A stretch of 64,000 nucleotides of DNA from Planctomycetota bacterium (GTDB lineage: Bacteria; Planctomycetota; UBA8108; SXIK01), in assembly GCA_965223265.1 (NCBI GenBank), contig OZ244999.1:6208001-6272000 (forward strand). Direction: 5' to 3'. The notes under the pieces are model-generated. The model worked only from the letters and a program-made list of their open reading frames with translations. It made no database searches and was not told the DNA's origin. This document shows, in pieces, positions 61,258 to 64,000 of the stretch (within the stretch, counting starts at the first letter, position 1; the number at the start of each line of letters is the position of its first letter). Both the position numbers and the translations under genes were made by a program.

Positions 61258-61819
61258 GTCGACTGAGCAGCGAGAGTTCGCGGTTCTCGTCGTTCTCGTT
61301 CCCCACGGCGGCGAGGAATGCGTGCTGCTGACGAAGCGCCCCGACCACCTGAAGCGATACGCGGGTCAGGTGGCGCTGCCCGGTGGTGCCTTTGAACCGA
61401 CGGATGAGTCTCTGCAGTTCACCGCGCTACGCGAGACGCACGAGGAGGTCGGGATCCCGCCCGAGGCCGTCGAGATCTACCGCGAACTCGACTGGCAGCG
61501 CACCACGCTGGGCCACGCGGTCAAGCCGTTCGTGGGGCGCGTCCGGCAACCAGTCACTTTGATCCCGGACGCCGACGAGGTGGAGACGATCCTCTATCTA
61601 CCCGTAGAGCGCATCTCGCCAAGGCTGTTCGAGGTGGGCGTCACACGCGGCGACGCGGCCACCGCGTCAGAGGTGCCACCTCGGCAACGAGCGCCCAGCC
61701 TCGCCTCCGAGTTCCTCCGCTTCTCGCTCGATGGACACGTCGTCTGGGGACTCACGGCTCGTATCCTCCACGCTGCGTTCATCGCTCAGGAGGACGGCTC
61801 CTGTGGTGCAGCAGGGTAG
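61235..61819 (+). CDS. Nudix CoA pyrophosphatase
   Basis: LLTKR, GQVALPGG, ALRETHEEVG, VWGLTA. Confidence 0.88.
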   Translation: MASHSPSESTEQREFAVLVVLVPHGGEECVLLTKRPDHLKRYAGQVALPGGAFEPTDESLQFTALRETHEEVGIPPEAVEIYRELDWQRTTLGHAVKPFVGRVRQPVTLIPDADEVETILYLPVERISPRLFEVGVTRGDAATASEVPPRQRAPSLASEFLRFSLDGHVVWGLTARILHAAFIAQEDGSCGAAG

Positions 61820-62022
61820 TCCGTTTCGCCGCGGGTGCACACGAAGGCCGGGCAAGGGATCGCCTGCCTCGCTCGGGTAGCTTGCGACTCCCAATACAGA
61901 TTGCAGATCACCCGCGACCAGCGGGAGAACTTGCAAGAATCCCGCTCAGTTTCTCTGGACTCGAGGCTATCATGGCGCCCCTTACAGGAACAGCGAACCG
62001 ACTTCCAGCGAGTTTCTGCCGC

Positions 62023-63345
62023 ATGTCCAAGAACGCGCCACGAATCCTCAAGGGGTTCCGAGACTACCTCCCGGAGAGAATGATCCCCCGGTCCAGGATG
62101 CTCGCCACGATCGAGGGCACCTTTCAACGTTTCGGATTTCCTCCGCTGGCGACGCCAGCGCTCGAGTATCTGGAAACGCTGACGGGCAAATATGGCGACG
62201 AGGGTGAGAACCTCCTCTATCGCTTTACTGACCACGGCGATCGCGAGGTCGCGCTGCGATACGATTTGACCGTACCTCTCGCCAGGGTCGTGGCTCAGTA
62301 CAACGTAACGCTACCTTTCCGCCGCTATCAGATCGCACCGGTCTGGCGCGCTGAGAAGCCACAGCGGGGTCGATTTCGAGAGTTTGTGCAGTGCGACGCT
62401 GACATCGTCGGTAGCTATGACATGACCGCGGACGCAGAGCTTGTCCAGCTCGCCTGTGAGCTTCTCTCTGCCCTGGGGGTCGATCAATTCGAGGTGCGGA
62501 TCAACAACCGCAAGATTCTGAGCGGCCTCATGGAAAGCATCGGTGTGACCGCGGCGAGCGTGGAGATGGGCATTCTCCGCACGATCGACAAACTGCCGAA
62601 GATTGGCCGCGACAAGACGGCGGCGCTACTCGAGAGTGAAAACCGGCTCACCGGCGAACAAATCGACAAAGTGTTCGAGTTTCTGGAACTCAGCGGGACG
62701 GCCGACGAAGTCGTCGCACGCCTGACGGCGCTCTTTCCGTCCGGCCCCGGCGCTGCCGGCGCCGCGGAGCTGCGCCAAGTTCTCGACATGGCCGCCGCCG
62801 CAGGGTCGGAGGGAAACGTCGTGATCGATCTCTCGATCGCGCGCGGACTCAACTACTATACCGGCACGATCTACGAGACCTTCCTGACCGATTTATCGGG
62901 GTTCGGAGCTGTCATGGGCGGCGGGCGCTACGACGGCCTCATAGGGCTCATGAAGTCCGAGGAGATCCCTGGCGTTGGCATCAGCCTTGGGATCGATCGC
63001 CTCCTCGAGGGCCTGGTGGAGCTGAAGTTGCTGCAAGAGTCTGAGGCGATCGCGGCGGTTCTGGTGACGTCGTTTGGTCCGGAAACGGCGACCTACACCA
63101 CCAAAGTGGCGAGTATGCTGCGGCGCGCCGGCGTCACGTGCGAAGTGTTTCCCAGTTACGCAAAGCTGGCCAAACAGTTCAAGTACGCCAATCGGCGCGG
63201 CCAAGTTTGGGTCGTCGTCGCCGGTCCAGAAGAAGCGGGGAAGGGTGAAGCGACGCTGAAAAACCTGACGACGGGCCAGCAGGAACCCATGCCGCTCTCG
63301 CAGCTCGTCGAGCGTCTCGTGCGCGAGACCGTCGAAACGGCGTAG
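62023..63345 (+). CDS. hisS: Histidine--tRNA ligase
   Basis: KGFRD, LRYDLTVP, GRFREFVQCD, ARGLNYYTG, GGGRYD. Confidence 0.96.
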   Translation: MSKNAPRILKGFRDYLPERMIPRSRMLATIEGTFQRFGFPPLATPALEYLETLTGKYGDEGENLLYRFTDHGDREVALRYDLTVPLARVVAQYNVTLPFRRYQIAPVWRAEKPQRGRFREFVQCDADIVGSYDMTADAELVQLACELLSALGVDQFEVRINNRKILSGLMESIGVTAASVEMGILRTIDKLPKIGRDKTAALLESENRLTGEQIDKVFEFLELSGTADEVVARLTALFPSGPGAAGAAELRQVLDMAAAAGSEGNVVIDLSIARGLNYYTGTIYETFLTDLSGFGAVMGGGRYDGLIGLMKSEEIPGVGISLGIDRLLEGLVELKLLQESEAIAAVLVTSFGPETATYTTKVASMLRRAGVTCEVFPSYAKLAKQFKYANRRGQVWVVVAGPEEAGKGEATLKNLTTGQQEPMPLSQLVERLVRETVETA

Positions 63346-63467
63346 GGCATTCACAGCTGCTCGGGATCACGCCGAACGATCAGCCCTTGAGCCCGTCAAC
63401 CGCGCCGCTCTCGGCATCGGGAAAACCCGGATAGGCACGTCTGTGGCTAGGTGGTAGAGTTGCCATC

Positions 63468-64000
63468 ATGAACTCTCAAGTCACGGTTATCGCACATAGA
63501 GGGGCGTCCCGGAGGACTCCAGAGAACACGCTTGCTGCGATTCGCGCAGCGGTGAAAGACGGCGCCGACATGGTGGAAGTCGACGTCCAAATGACGCGGG
63601 ACCGCGCTCTCGTGCTGCTGCACGACAGCCGCCTCGAGCGCACGACCGACGGTGCGGGCTTCGTCGCTGGAATGTCGTCGTTCGACTTGGCGAAGCTCGA
63701 TGCCGGTGCCTGGAAAGATTTGAGATTCGCCGGCGAGCGCATTCCGCTGTTAGCCGAAGCCCTCGAGGCGACGCCGGATGGCGTACGGATCAATCTCGAC
63801 TTGAAACCGACATCCGAACGCGAAACGCTCCTCGAGGCGTTGCTCCCGATCGTCAACCGCGAGAACGTCAAGAAACGTCTACTGCTCGCCACATCTGATG
63901 CAGTCCTCCTTCGCGAACTCGTCCCGCTCGGATTCTCGACTGCGCTCATCACCGATCACCACGGTCATGGCCCACTTCGGACACGCGCGGCCGTCGAGTT
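63468..64000 (+). CDS. Glycerophosphodiester phosphodiesterase (partial, runs off the window end)
   Basis: Manual translation: MNSQVTVIAHRGAS..PENTLAA...EVDVQMTRD..VLLHD..LERTT. Confidence 0.9.
   Translation, partial: MNSQVTVIAHRGASRRTPENTLAAIRAAVKDGADMVEVDVQMTRDRALVLLHDSRLERTTDGAGFVAGMSSFDLAKLDAGAWKDLRFAGERIPLLAEALEATPDGVRINLDLKPTSERETLLEALLPIVNRENVKKRLLLATSDAVLLRELVPLGFSTALITDHHGHGPLRTRAAVE

Noticed and set aside
1-64000. tRNA (including tRNA-Sec), rRNA, CRISPR array, sel genes
   Set aside because: No T-loop/cloverleaf, rRNA-like segment, regularly spaced repeat array or selABD gene was recognised by eye. tRNAscan/Infernal would be needed to exclude them fully.

Overview
A GC-rich bacterial chromosomal window. 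A Planctomycetota-like origin is inferred from the C-terminal dockerin-like 'FxRGDxNxDG' domains, the ECF/anti-sigma pair, the kinase-AAA-TPR protein and the purA-uppS-cdsA-phoH-HD-ybeY synteny. Most of the window is housekeeping: purA, carA, serS, hisS, queA, mdh, apgM, mqnA, iscS/iscA, an EF-G paralog and LPS enzymes. The standout is the operon at 8355-14164: an ECF sigma factor, a zinc-finger anti-sigma with a dockerin-like tail, two paralogous secreted proteins that fuse a degenerate UshA/5'-nucleotidase-like domain to a tetraheme cytochrome c, and a ThiO-like oxidase. The ORF track splits the first paralog at an in-frame TGA (10280-10282). That TGA aligns with Cys in the second paralog (CGU vs CGC) and is followed by a bacterial SECIS-like hairpin, so it is very probably a hidden multiheme selenoprotein. 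Also present: a partial IS4-family transposase at the left edge; two copies of a hairpin-forming MITE with 4-bp target duplications, one inserted between a sigma54 promoter and its probable enhancer sites; a FixL-like heme-PAS kinase/NtrC module next to CBS and USP genes; and a candidate structured RNA upstream of serS. All family calls come from visual motif recognition; no database searches were run.
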